Origin: Cyanophyceae cyanobacterium
GTDB lineage: Bacteria; Cyanobacteriota; Cyanobacteriia; Cyanobacteriales; JBHJGN01
Direction: 5' to 3'
NCBI GenBank assembly: GCA_050331735.1
Contig: JBHJGN010000063.1
Location: 1-64,000 of the forward strand
Length of the DNA stretch: 64,000 nucleotides
A program made the position numbers and the translations under genes. Numbering within the stretch: position 1 is the first letter of the stretch; each line of letters starts with the position of its first letter. The notes under the pieces are model-generated. The model saw only the letters and a program-made list of their open reading frames with translations. It searched no databases and had not been told where the DNA came from. This document shows, in pieces, positions 10,522 through 20,453 of this stretch.

Positions 10522-11565
10522 CTATTTTTGAGGCTGGTAATACTCGTGAGAGAGAAATGGCACAGAGACTAATTTTCCGGGCGTCTCTTGGACCCAGACC
10601 TCTAGTCCAGCATCGCCTACTTGAGACCGCACATAAGCTAAACCTGACGCTCCCCCCGCGGTTGCTATACAGCTAGTCAGTTCTCCAATTTTCTTGCCTT
10701 CAGCCAGAATCGGTCCTGGCTGAACGGGGGCTTCTAGCTGCACCCCCCACAGTCTTTGCTTAACCCCTTTGTAAGTATTCAAGCGAGCAATCGTTTCCTG
10801 TCCGATGTAGCAGCCTTTTTCAAAGGAAATGGCAGACCATAGTCCGGCTTCAAGAGGATTGTAGTCTTCTGTTAATTCTTGGCCAGGAGCGGGTCTGCCC
10901 TGCTGAACGCGGAGCTGCTCCCAAACGCGATCGCCTAAAGGAACTGCGTTTAAGGAAATTAGTTCTGACCACACCGAAGCTGCCTGTTCAGCCGGACTGA
11001 TTAGCGTATAGCCCGGCAAAGCCAAACCGCTCCCCAGAGCTATTCGTACCGACGCTTCACCGAGCTGACTCAGAACGTGATCTCCTGGTTGCGTAAGCAC
11101 TTCGACTCCAATTTTTTCCCCAAGCTGTCTGCTTTGCGGACCAATTACTCTAAAAATGACTTGGGCATCAGCGAGATTGCTCAACTCGACTTTGTCAAAG
11201 GGAAAAATATAGCGGTCCATCCACTCCATTAACGGCTGTTGGCGCTGAGGCGAAACCAGGAGCAAAATAGCGTCCTGCGTCACGTACGCAGTTGCTAGCT
11301 CTAGAGTCCGCCCGGTGGAGGTTACAAACACGGTGTCGCACCCCTGTCCAGGCTGTAAGCGGTTAATATCGTTCGTGGTTTGATTGTGTAGAAACCGCTG
11401 GCGATCTGCGCCCCTAAGCTGGAGCAAACCTTCCGGGGAGTGATAGAGAGCTACCCCAGAAGTGGCAGCAGCAATCGCCTCCTGATCGTTCCCAAAGCTA
11501 GATGGAGTGCCAGCTTCGGAAAACTCTGCTCCTGCTGAACCTTGTTGATTCTGTAGTTCTTTCAT
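10522..11565 (-). CDS. ygfZ: Folate-binding protein YgfZ (GcvT family)
   Basis: KGCYIGQE motif. Confidence 0.9.
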   Translation of the reverse strand: MKELQNQQGSAGAEFSEAGTPSSFGNDQEAIAAATSGVALYHSPEGLLQLRGADRQRFLHNQTTNDINRLQPGQGCDTVFVTSTGRTLELATAYVTQDAILLLVSPQRQQPLMEWMDRYIFPFDKVELSNLADAQVIFRVIGPQSRQLGEKIGVEVLTQPGDHVLSQLGEASVRIALGSGLALPGYTLISPAEQAASVWSELISLNAVPLGDRVWEQLRVQQGRPAPGQELTEDYNPLEAGLWSAISFEKGCYIGQETIARLNTYKGVKQRLWGVQLEAPVQPGPILAEGKKIGELTSCIATAGGASGLAYVRSQVGDAGLEVWVQETPGKLVSVPFLSHEYYQPQK

Positions 11566-11584
11566 GGGTTATAGAAAGTGCAAG

Positions 11585-11730
11585 ACGGGATGGGGAAAGA
11601 GTTCCTCCGGAACGGGGAATGGGGAAATAGTGACCAGTGATCAAGCTAACTAGCTAATTTGATAACTGTTAAGCCCCCCCTTTTCCCCTTCCCCTTTGCC
11701 CTTTTCCCTGCGCCGGTGGCGCTTCCCCTT
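11585..11730. repeat. Composite dispersed repeat, copy A (GGGGAAA arm, core, TTTCCCC arm)
   Basis: Core 11629..11675 matches 16335..16381 at 45/47 nt; embedded micro-hairpins. Confidence 0.85.
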
Positions 11731-13233
11731 TTAGTTTAAATCCTCATCTTCCCCTTCTGGTATTCCCCCAAACCGGGGTTGAGGAGGAATAGCGGCAATA
11801 ATGGCATCGATGACTTTGGCAACGGGAATCACATCTAAGCCAAGGGTGTCGGGGTAGCTTTGCCCTTTAGGAACGATCGCTCGCTTAAATCCGAGTTTAG
11901 CGGCTTCTTTGATCCGCAGCTCCATTTGGGAAACGAGCCGCACCTGACCACCTAAGCCAATTTCCCCGATGAGTACGGTGCGGGGATCGACAATGCGATC
12001 GCGGAAGCTGGCAACAACGGCGATCGCCATCCCCAGGTCAGCCGCCGGTTCTTCTACCCCCAGTCCGCCAGCGGAGGCGACATAAACATCTAGCTTAGAT
12101 AAGGGAATCCCGACTCGTTTTTCGAGCACGGCCAGAATTTGCTGAAGGCGATTGTAGTCTACTCCGGTTGTCGAGCGTCGCGGGGAGCTGTAGCTAGTTG
12201 GACTGACTAGTGCCTGAAGTTCCACCACCAGCGGACGAGTGCCTTCACAGGCAACGACGGTGGAGGTTCCCGGAGCCAGTTCGTCTCGACTGCCCAGGAA
12301 AATCTCTGAGGGGTTGAGGACTTCCCGCAAGCCCTGATCGACCATTTCAAAGATGCCAATTTCGTGGGTGGCTCCAAAGCGGTTTTTCACCGAGCGCAGC
12401 AGCCGATGGGAAGCGTAGCGATCGCCCTCGAAGTACAGCACCGTATCGACGAGGTGTTCTAGCACTCGGGGTCCGGCGATCGCTCCTTCTTTAGTGACGT
12501 GACCGACAATCAAAAGCGTAATATTTTCCCGCTTAGCGATCTGCATCAGGGCAGACGTACATTCCCGCACCTGAGCCACAGAACCAGGGGCAGAGGTCAG
12601 AGCAGAAAAATGCAGGGTTTGAATACTGTCGATAACTGCTACCTGGGGTTTCAGCGATTCTAGCTCCCGCAAAATTTCTTCTAAATCGGTTTCTGGCTGA
12701 ACGAAGAGATTATCTGCTTTAGCGGCTGGTTCTCTGGCTTTTCCCTTGCCGTTTCCGTCCTGAACAGACTCGGTTTGTACCCCCAGACGAGAAGCTCTTA
12801 ACTTCACCTGTTGCCCAGATTCTTCAGCAGAAACGTAAAGAATCCGCGGCAAACGGCGAGCGAGCTGATTCGCCGTTTGCAGCAGCAGCGTCGATTTACC
12901 AATGCCGGGATCGCCACCAATGAGAACGAGAGAACCCGGCACGATCCCTCCTCCCAATACTCGATCTAGCTCTTGATAGCCTGACTCAAATCGCGAGAGC
13001 ACATCGCTTTTAATTTGAGAAAACCGCAGCGAGGCTCTCGGCTGGACCGGACCAACCGCTCTTTTTTCCTGCCGAACCGCCGATTGCCACCCACTGCGGC
13101 TAGCCGGAGCCGTTGGCGTGATAATTTGTTCTTCTAGCGGAATGTTGCTCCCGCAGCTTGGGCAGCGTCCCCACCACTGTCCATGCTCTGCCCCACATTC
13201 GCTACAGACGTAGATTGTTTTGGTCTTCGGCAT
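11731..13233 (-). CDS. radA: DNA repair protein RadA/Sms
   Basis: N-terminal C4 zinc finger, GDPGIGKST, KNRFG. Confidence 0.97.
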   Translation of the reverse strand: MPKTKTIYVCSECGAEHGQWWGRCPSCGSNIPLEEQIITPTAPASRSGWQSAVRQEKRAVGPVQPRASLRFSQIKSDVLSRFESGYQELDRVLGGGIVPGSLVLIGGDPGIGKSTLLLQTANQLARRLPRILYVSAEESGQQVKLRASRLGVQTESVQDGNGKGKAREPAAKADNLFVQPETDLEEILRELESLKPQVAVIDSIQTLHFSALTSAPGSVAQVRECTSALMQIAKRENITLLIVGHVTKEGAIAGPRVLEHLVDTVLYFEGDRYASHRLLRSVKNRFGATHEIGIFEMVDQGLREVLNPSEIFLGSRDELAPGTSTVVACEGTRPLVVELQALVSPTSYSSPRRSTTGVDYNRLQQILAVLEKRVGIPLSKLDVYVASAGGLGVEEPAADLGMAIAVVASFRDRIVDPRTVLIGEIGLGGQVRLVSQMELRIKEAAKLGFKRAIVPKGQSYPDTLGLDVIPVAKVIDAIIAAIPPQPRFGGIPEGEDEDLN

Positions 13234-13441
13234 TGCAGGTTTTTAAGAAAGTTTAAAATTTTAAAAAATAGTTGAGGATATACTTCTAAATAGAAAAAAG
13301 CTGATTCCTTAGTAAAACTTCAAAGTATTTCAGATATAATCACCGATGGCCAAAGAGCCAGTGGGAAAAGATAATCTATAAATAACTGTACGTAAATGAA
13401 ACTTTTTGAAATTAGCAATTTTAATTTAGGAGTGACACACG

Positions 13442-14173
13442 TTGGAAGCTCATAAAGCAAAAATTTTGGTAGTTGATGACGAAGCTAGCATTCGTCGTAT
13501 TTTAGAGACTCGCCTCTCGATGATTGGCTTCGATGTCGTCACGGCTGCTGATGGAGAAGAAGCCCTCGATACTTTTCGTAACTCTGAGCCCGATTTAGTG
13601 GTTCTAGATGTTATGATGCCTAAGCTCGACGGCTACGGTGTTTGCCAGGAGCTGAGAAAAGAATCAGACATTCCTATTATTATGTTAACGGCTTTGGGCG
13701 ATGTTGCAGACCGGATCACCGGGCTAGAGTTAGGAGCTGATGACTACGTTGTGAAGCCCTTTTCGCCCAAAGAATTAGAAGCCAGAATCCGCTCAGTACT
13801 GCGGCGAGTGGATAAAAACGGGGCTCCAGGAATTCCGAGTTCTGGCGTAATTCAGGTGGGTTCGATTAGAATCGACACCAACAAACGGCAGGTTTACAAA
13901 GGAGACGAACGCATCCGCTTAACCGGAATGGAGTTTAGCCTCCTGGAGCTACTAGTGAGTCGTTCGGGAGAACCCTTTTCCCGCTCGGAAATTCTTCAGG
14001 AAGTGTGGGGCTACACGCCTGAACGCCACGTCGATACTCGCGTTGTTGATGTCCATATCTCGCGGCTGCGAGCTAAGTTAGAAGACGATCCGAGTAATCC
14101 AGAGTTAATTCTGACGGCTAGGGGAACTGGTTACTTGTTCCAGCGAATTCTCGAGCCAGGGGAAGAACTGTAA
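13442..14173 (+). CDS. rpaB: OmpR-type response regulator RpaB (Ycf27)
   Basis: VVDDEASIRRILETRLSMIG...WGYTPERHVDTRVVDVHISRLR; TTG start with AGGAG upstream. Confidence 0.95.
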   Translation: MEAHKAKILVVDDEASIRRILETRLSMIGFDVVTAADGEEALDTFRNSEPDLVVLDVMMPKLDGYGVCQELRKESDIPIIMLTALGDVADRITGLELGADDYVVKPFSPKELEARIRSVLRRVDKNGAPGIPSSGVIQVGSIRIDTNKRQVYKGDERIRLTGMEFSLLELLVSRSGEPFSRSEILQEVWGYTPERHVDTRVVDVHISRLRAKLEDDPSNPELILTARGTGYLFQRILEPGEEL

Positions 14174-14252
14174 ACGGTGACTAGCAACTCCAAGATTAAG
14201 AAGATGGGGAAAAGGGGAAAGGGTAAGGGGCAAAGGCGTTTCATGACTTCTG

Positions 14253-14906
14253 ATGGCTAAATCCGATCCGAATCGAGTGCTGCGGCTGTTGCCTCTGTTT
14301 GCTGGTGGGCTAGGCGGTGTGCTGCTGCTGATCAACCGTTTGCTTACGTCAATCCTCACCGATTCTCAGGCGCGTTCTGATGTGCTCGGCGTAGTGCTGA
14401 GTGCTGTACTGATTTTAACGGGACTGATTTGGCAGCAAGTTCAGCCAAGATCGCCGGATGCCGTCGTTTTAGAGGGGGAAGAGGAGTTTGAACTAGCGTC
14501 AGATTTGCCGGACGAGCTCAAAACAGAGCTAGCGTGGGCATCGCATTTACTGCTGACCAATACTGTAACGCGATCGCTCGTTGTTTACTATCAGGGAAAA
14601 GTCCTGCTGCGGCGAGGCATTTTAGGAAGGAATGAGCAAGTTAACCCAGGCCAAATTGTGCAGCGGGTATTAGATAAGCAACAGCCCGTTTACTTGGTCG
14701 ATCTGAAAGTGTATCCGGGACGGATCGAGTTTGACTATTTACCTGAAAATACCCAAGGAGCAATCGTTCAGCCTTTGGGGGAAGGAGTGCTAATCTTAGG
14801 AGCTAATGCCCCACGCAGCTACACCAAACAGGACGAAAACTGGATCGAGGGGATTGCCGAAAAATTAGCTAATTCTTTAGGGGCATTAGAAGCAGCCAGT
14901 GCTTAA
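14253..14906 (+). CDS. ccb4: Cofactor assembly of complex C subunit B (CCB2/CCB4 family)
   Basis: QARSDVLG, ELAWASHLLLTNT, YPGRIEFDYLP. Confidence 0.8.
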   Translation: MAKSDPNRVLRLLPLFAGGLGGVLLLINRLLTSILTDSQARSDVLGVVLSAVLILTGLIWQQVQPRSPDAVVLEGEEEFELASDLPDELKTELAWASHLLLTNTVTRSLVVYYQGKVLLRRGILGRNEQVNPGQIVQRVLDKQQPVYLVDLKVYPGRIEFDYLPENTQGAIVQPLGEGVLILGANAPRSYTKQDENWIEGIAEKLANSLGALEAASA

Positions 14907-15067
14907 CGGTCTTCAGCCTGGGTTTGGGCTTCTCCTTGAGGCGATCGCTCTTCAAAAGAGATCCCGTTAACGGATAAAATACAGGCAGCAGCTTCGCTCG
15001 AGTTGTCGCTCTGACAAGCTTCAGTTTAGACAAGCTCACAATCTAACGTTCAAGAGGAGAAATCATT

Positions 15068-15187
15068 ATGAGTGCTCACGACATGCTTTTTAATGGAGCC
15101 ATATTATCTTTTGCCCTGATCCTGGTTGGGTTAGCCTGGGGCTTTTTACTGCTGAAAATTCAGGGCGGCGAGGAATCAGAATTATAA
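15068..15187 (+). CDS. petM: Cytochrome b6f subunit VII (not in the ORF track)
   Basis: [48 protein letters not shown]. Confidence 0.93.
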   Translation: MSAHDMLFNGAILSFALILVGLAWGFLLLKIQGGEESEL

Positions 15188-15221
15188 CCGCTACGCAGAT
15201 AGGTCTGAAGAAAATCCGTAC

Positions 15222-15248
15222 AGAGGCTAGCATCTCTTGCTAGCCTCT
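15222..15248 (+). terminator. Hairpin after petM
   Basis: AGAGGCTAGCA-tctct-TGCTAGCCTCT perfect 11-bp stem. Confidence 0.7.
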
Positions 15249-15350
15249 TACTCATGTCAAGGCTTGTCCCCCACACGGGAACCCATGACCTACACTAGGA
15301 AAAGGCAAGAGTGACAAGCAGCACTCAGTTTTGAAGGCGATCGCAAAAGA

Positions 15351-16271
15351 ATGAAAGTAGCAATTACCGGAGCCACTGGCTTTGTTGGCAGTCGTTTAGT
15401 GGAAAAACTCACTGGAGAAGGACATCAAATTGTGGTCTTTTCTCGCAACCTGGATAAAGCTCGGCGTGTCTTTCCTGTTGCGACTCCTAATTTAGAAATT
15501 GTTGCCTACAATCCTAAAACCTCGGGTTCCTGGCAAGAAGCGATTTCTGGCTGTGATGGCGTTGTCAATCTAGCCGGGGAAGCGATTTCGGAACGCTGGA
15601 CTCCTCAACACAAGCAAGCTATTTTAGAAAGCCGTCAAACGACCACCAGAAGAATTGTTGAGGCTATTGCAAAAGCGGAAACAAAACCGAACGTATTGGT
15701 CAGTGCCTCAGCCGTAGGTTATTACGGCACCAGCGAAACGGCGACCTTTGATGAAGAGAGTCCAGCAGGCAATGATTTTTTAGCGCAAGTTTGCCAGACA
15801 TGGGAAGCCGAAGCCGAAAAAGTTAAAGAAGCGGGGGTCCGACTAGTCATTATCAGAATTGGTATTGTCCTTGGTGATGGCGGAGCCTTAGCTAGAATGG
15901 TTGGTCCTTATCAGTTTTTTGCCGGCGGTCCTATTGGCAGCGGACGGCAGTGGCTCTCCTGGGTGCATCGGGATGATTTAGTCAATTTAATCATTACCGC
16001 TTTAAAGCAATCAGAAATGGCAGGAACCTTCAACGCCACGGCTCCCCATCCAGTACGGATGAGTCAATTCAGCCAAACTTTAGGAGAGGTCATGAATCGC
16101 CCTGCTTGGCTACCTGTCCCGGAATTTGCCCTCGAACTACTGCTGGGAGACGGGGCAAAAGTTGTTCTCGAAGGGCAGCAGGTGTTGCCTAGAAAAACTC
16201 AATCTACAAAATTTACCTATCAGTACCCAGAGTTAAAGCCAGCGCTGACAGATATTCTTGCTAAGCAATAA
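15351..16271 (+). CDS. TIGR01777-family NAD-dependent epimerase-like protein (ThyD-like)
   Basis: ITGATGFVG, NLAGE, SASAVGYYG, GGPIGSGRQW. Confidence 0.9.
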   Translation: MKVAITGATGFVGSRLVEKLTGEGHQIVVFSRNLDKARRVFPVATPNLEIVAYNPKTSGSWQEAISGCDGVVNLAGEAISERWTPQHKQAILESRQTTTRRIVEAIAKAETKPNVLVSASAVGYYGTSETATFDEESPAGNDFLAQVCQTWEAEAEKVKEAGVRLVIIRIGIVLGDGGALARMVGPYQFFAGGPIGSGRQWLSWVHRDDLVNLIITALKQSEMAGTFNATAPHPVRMSQFSQTLGEVMNRPAWLPVPEFALELLLGDGAKVVLEGQQVLPRKTQSTKFTYQYPELKPALTDILAKQ

Positions 16272-16283
16272 ACGCTAATTAAT

Positions 16284-16430
16284 GTTCCTTCGGAACGGGG
16301 AAAGGGGAAACTGTCCCTCCGGGACGGGGAAAACAGTGAGCAGTGATCAAGCTAACTAGCCAATTTGATAACTGTTAAGCCTTCCCCTTTGCCCTTTTCC
16401 CTGCGCCATCGGCGCTTCCCCCTTTCCCCT
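16284..16430. repeat. Composite dispersed repeat, copy B
   Basis: Same core and arms as 11585..11730; lies between convergent genes. Confidence 0.85.
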
Positions 16431-16451
16431 AGCAGCTTCGCTGCTTTGCGC

Positions 16452-18221
16452 CTACGGCGCTGTTGTGCCGAAATAGGTTTCCAACACCTGACGTACCATT
16501 GGTGCTGCGACTGAACCGCCACCGCCACCAGAATGCTCGGCAAAGGCAACAACGACAATTTCTGGCTGATCGTAAGGGGCAAACGCGCCAAACCAGGCAT
16601 GAGCGTCGCCCGGAGGAGCTTCGGCAGTACCGCTCTTTCCAGCCGTCGGGGGCAGGTGCGGTACTCTTAACGCGCCACCAGTTCCTCCGGAGACTACCTG
16701 CCGTAATCCCTCTTTTAAAGTTATCACTGTCTCTGGCTTCAGATTTAGAGATTTGGGCTCAGGGTCGTCGTCTTTAAGGAGGTGTGGGACTACGTTGTAT
16801 CCGCCGTTAGCGGGAACGGCAAACATTCGGGCTACCTGTAGCGGTGTGGCAAGAGTAAAACCCTGACCAATAGACATATTGACCGTATCGCCTTCGGTCC
16901 ATCCCCAATCAAACTGCTGCTGTTTCCAGGCATCATCGGCAATCAGACCCGGAGTTTCTTCGGGGAGTTCGATACCCGTGCGTTTGCCAAAACCATAGCG
17001 ACGCGCCCAGTCAATCAGCGTCGTGCCGCCAACACCTCGACCGACCTGACCAAAAAAGGTGTTGCTACTCCAGGCTAAGGCTCCGGTGTATCCAAGGGGA
17101 CCGAATCCGGCACGGTTCCAGTCATGAAAGCGAGTACCGCCGACGCTAATAAACGCATACGTACCCAGGACGGTATGAGGCGGGTACTTATCGGATTCCA
17201 TTCCGGCTGTTGCCGTCACGACCTTGAAGGTAGAAGCGGGCGGAAAGCCCCGCAGCGCTCGATTGAGAAACGGCTGATTCTTGCCCTGAAGTTGCTTCCA
17301 CGTATCGGGAGTAATTTGGCTAGAGAAGATATTAGGATCGAAACTAGGGTTGCTCGCCAGCGCGAGGACAGCACCATTGTTGGGATCGAGAGCGACAATA
17401 GACCCGATGCGATCGCCTAACGCTTCCTGCGCCGCCCTTTGCAGCTCAAGATCCAGAGTCAAGGCCACATCTCGACCCGCTTTGGCTTCTTTTTGACCGA
17501 GAATTTTAAGAACGCGTCCAGCCCCATCCACCTCCAGCAGCAGCCCGCCCCATTCACCACGAAGCTGCGGCTCAAAGGAGGCTTCTACGCCCATTTTGCC
17601 GACCACATCCCCGAGGCGATAGCCTTCTGCCTGTCGCTGGGCAAGTTCTTCTTGGTTGAGTTCTCCGGTGTAGCCAAGTACGTGAGCCCCTAAATTTTCA
17701 TGGGGATAGTAACGAACCGTTTCTACATCTACTTCTACTCCTGTCAATTCGTGCCTGTATTCGGCCAGACCAATAATTTGCTCAGGAGTCAAACCGCGAG
17801 CGATTCTAATCAGGCTTGGTGAATTGTAGCCAGCCTGTTCAACCCGCTCCTGAAGTTTAGCTTCCGGGACTTCTAAAATCTCGGCGAGGCGATCGCGTAT
17901 CTGAGGCCACTCCGCAGCTTTTTGCACTCTGGGCCATAAATAAGCCGAATGGGAGAGGCGCGTTGTCGCCAGAACCTTTCCTTTCCGGTCGAAGAGGCTT
18001 CCCCGCACGGGCGGTTTAGGCATAATGCGAACGCGATTATTTTCTGCCAGCTCCCGATTCTTTTCTCCCTCTTGAAGCTGAAGATAAGCTAAGCGGGAAC
18101 CAATTCCCCCGACCAAAAAGAGGCTAACCACCAGCATCACGAAAACGGCCTGATACCACTTCCCAACAGTACGCGCTGTTTTCTTCCGTCCAGTTTTAGC
18201 AAAACCAAGAGCAAGAGACAT
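16452..18221 (-). CDS. mrdA: Penicillin-binding protein 2
   Basis: N-terminal TM helix; STFK, SSN and KSGT motifs. Confidence 0.93.
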   Translation of the reverse strand: MSLALGFAKTGRKKTARTVGKWYQAVFVMLVVSLFLVGGIGSRLAYLQLQEGEKNRELAENNRVRIMPKPPVRGSLFDRKGKVLATTRLSHSAYLWPRVQKAAEWPQIRDRLAEILEVPEAKLQERVEQAGYNSPSLIRIARGLTPEQIIGLAEYRHELTGVEVDVETVRYYPHENLGAHVLGYTGELNQEELAQRQAEGYRLGDVVGKMGVEASFEPQLRGEWGGLLLEVDGAGRVLKILGQKEAKAGRDVALTLDLELQRAAQEALGDRIGSIVALDPNNGAVLALASNPSFDPNIFSSQITPDTWKQLQGKNQPFLNRALRGFPPASTFKVVTATAGMESDKYPPHTVLGTYAFISVGGTRFHDWNRAGFGPLGYTGALAWSSNTFFGQVGRGVGGTTLIDWARRYGFGKRTGIELPEETPGLIADDAWKQQQFDWGWTEGDTVNMSIGQGFTLATPLQVARMFAVPANGGYNVVPHLLKDDDPEPKSLNLKPETVITLKEGLRQVVSGGTGGALRVPHLPPTAGKSGTAEAPPGDAHAWFGAFAPYDQPEIVVVAFAEHSGGGGGSVAAPMVRQVLETYFGTTAP

Positions 18222-18222
18222 A

Positions 18223-18270
18223 GGGGAAGCGCCGTTGGCGCGGGAAAAGGGGAAAGGGGAAGGGGAAAAC
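18223..18270. repeat. GCGCC-NNN-GGCGC hairpin plus GGGGAAA heptamers
   Basis: Reverse complement of the right arm of repeats A and B. Confidence 0.75.
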
Positions 18271-18458
18271 TCTGCTTAGACTCTCTAGAAATTCTGCCCC
18301 TTATTTATATCAAAAACGTCATTGCCAGCACCGGGTTGAAGCCGCATGGCACTGACAATATTGTGGCATTTCATTAAGAAGATCGGCTAGCGCTCATCGA
18401 GCTAACTAAAGCCGCAGTTTAAAAGATAGCTCTTGAAGCAAGAGCGACCTCGCGGCTA

Positions 18459-18505
18459 TTTCCCTTTTCCCTTTCCCCCTTCCCCTTTCCCCGTCGCGCA
18501 GCGAC
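18459..18505. repeat. TTTCCCC heptamers plus GTCGC-GCA-GCGAC hairpin
   Basis: Same module family, immediately after the cobA stop. Confidence 0.75.
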
Positions 18506-18506
18506 A

Positions 18507-19280
18507 TTAAATCCACGGACGACAAGCAGACAGAACGGGATGGAGATTAACAACATGGCCAACAACCGCGATCGCCGGAGCTTCAAACTGAGTCTCTGCG
18601 ACCTGTTGAGCGATTGTTGCGAGAGTCCCAACCAATTCCTGCTGTTCTGGTCGCGTTCCCCACCGGACTAAAGCAATGGGCGTTGTAGCCTCCAATCCTC
18701 CGGCTCTCAGTTCGGCGACGATATGCGGCAGGTTGTGAATGCCCATGTAGATCACAATGGTTTCTGAACCTTGAGCGATCGCTCGCCAATTGACTTCGGG
18801 ACGATACTTTCCGGCTGCTTCGTGTCCAGTGACAAACGTGACGGAAGAACTGTAGGAACGATGGGTCAAGGGAATGCCCGCGTAGGCAGGAGCCGCAATG
18901 CCCGAGGTAATTCCCGGAACCACTTCGACAGAGACTCCGGCTTTGAGCAAGTCTGCCATCTCTTCACCGCCGCGACCGAAAATAAACGGATCGCCACCCT
19001 TAAGACGGACTACCACCGCCTCAGTCCGGGCTTTCTCGATTAAAAGCTGAGTAGTTTCGGTCTGGATTTTAGAATGTCGTCCTCGTCGCTTGCCCGCATT
19101 GATGCGTTCGGCTTGAGCCCCAATCATGGCTAAAATTGCCGGACTAACCAGGGCATCGTAAATAACAACGTTCGCACATTCTAGGAGTTGTTTGCCTTTT
19201 AAAGTTAACAACCCTGGATCTCCAGGCCCTGCTCCTACTAAGTATACTTTTCCCATTATTGATGTTGATTGCTGAGTCAT
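18507..19280 (-). CDS. cobA: Uroporphyrinogen-III C-methyltransferase
   Basis: LVGAGPGDPGLLT, RLKGGDPFIFGRGGEE. Confidence 0.95.
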   Translation of the reverse strand: MTQQSTSIMGKVYLVGAGPGDPGLLTLKGKQLLECANVVIYDALVSPAILAMIGAQAERINAGKRRGRHSKIQTETTQLLIEKARTEAVVVRLKGGDPFIFGRGGEEMADLLKAGVSVEVVPGITSGIAAPAYAGIPLTHRSYSSSVTFVTGHEAAGKYRPEVNWRAIAQGSETIVIYMGIHNLPHIVAELRAGGLEATTPIALVRWGTRPEQQELVGTLATIAQQVAETQFEAPAIAVVGHVVNLHPVLSACRPWI

Positions 19281-20038
19281 GCTGCCATTTCCACAATTAA
19301 ATTTGCTAGTTCAGCGGTTGTTCCTAATGGTTGACCCAGATGCAGCTTGACGTTTGGCGAATTTTGCTGTGTGACGTGGACCTGCTGAGCGATCGCCTCG
19401 GTAATTCCGCCAGCGAACAAAAAGTACGGCAGAATAGCGATGTGGCGATGTCCAGCCGTCGCTAAAGCCTGTATCTGGTGCTGCAAACTTGGAGCCACTG
19501 ACCAATAGGCCGTAACAGCCCTCAATTGGCAGGCCAGATTTTCAACCAGAATTTTACTGCGGGGACGGCGACTGCCGTGAGATAGCAGGATGCGCGCCTC
19601 GATAGCGGGATCGAGCTGCTGCGCCAGGAGATTTAATAGACCAGGTTGGCTGCCCAAGTAAGGACAGAGCTCGAGCTTAGCGTCAACTAGCGGCTGTGCC
19701 TGAGTCACTTCCCTGGGGATATCTTCTTGAACGTGAACTCCTGGCAACAGGAAAAGCGGCAAAATTTTGACCTGACCGATGCCTTGTCCTTGAGCCTGCT
19801 GAGCAAACCGCTCAATACTCTGATGAAGAGGGAGAGATAATTCAAGAGTAGCCGTGCCAACAAGGGGACGAGCCTTGTCTAGCACTGCCGTTGTGCTGAA
19901 GTGACGAAGTGAGCGGAAGGAGGTTGATGAAGAGCGCAGCCGCTGATAGACTAGCTGAGCTAGCCGTTCTACCGCCATCTGCGGGCGAGGATCGCGGCTT
20001 CCGTGGGTGACCAAAAGATAAGCAGAGGAGAGTGTCAA
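19277..20038 (-). CDS. Sirohydrochlorin chelatase (CbiX/SirB family)
   Basis: HGSRDPRP, PLFLLPGVHVQEDIP, second HGSR; overlaps the cobA start. Confidence 0.88.
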   Translation of the reverse strand: MTLSSAYLLVTHGSRDPRPQMAVERLAQLVYQRLRSSSTSFRSLRHFSTTAVLDKARPLVGTATLELSLPLHQSIERFAQQAQGQGIGQVKILPLFLLPGVHVQEDIPREVTQAQPLVDAKLELCPYLGSQPGLLNLLAQQLDPAIEARILLSHGSRRPRSKILVENLACQLRAVTAYWSVAPSLQHQIQALATAGHRHIAILPYFLFAGGITEAIAQQVHVTQQNSPNVKLHLGQPLGTTAELANLIVEMAA

Positions 20039-20265
20039 GGATGTTACAGATGTTAATTGTTAAAGGGGAACGACCTGCCAGAGTCAAAAACGGGCAGTTG
20101 ACCTATAATTCAAGGATACTTTTTTATTAAGTATTGTATCTGTGCTGCCCGCTCGTTTTTGTATTAAATGATTACTTAGCGACAGACTGTTGGAAAAGTG
20201 CTGAATCGAGCTGGCAGTCGCGATCAACAAATTAAGCTGGCTAAGTCTCCGGGAGGAAGACAGCG

Positions 20266-20379
20266 ATGACTGATTCTCTCTTGACCCGAGACCGACTCGT
20301 TAAGAGAACAGCCAGCGCGAGGAGAACAAGCGCTCGCCGATCCTCAGATTGGCTGAAGCCGGAACAAAATTGCTGGTAA
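20266..20379 (+). CDS. Candidate 37-aa small ORF upstream of devB
   Basis: GGAGG at 20252..20256, then MTDSLLTRDRLVKRTASARRTSARRSSDWLKPEQNCW*. Confidence 0.3.
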   Translation: MTDSLLTRDRLVKRTASARRTSARRSSDWLKPEQNCW

Positions 20380-20453
20380 TCTCACCTTAGAAAATAATCA
20401 GCGTAGACGTTTAAGTATAGAAGCTCACCAAAAATTCTCTCCTAATTGATGTT

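Noticed and set aside
20161..20175. NtcA box upstream of devB (GTATTAAATGATTAC)
   Set aside because: The spacer is 9 nt rather than 8.
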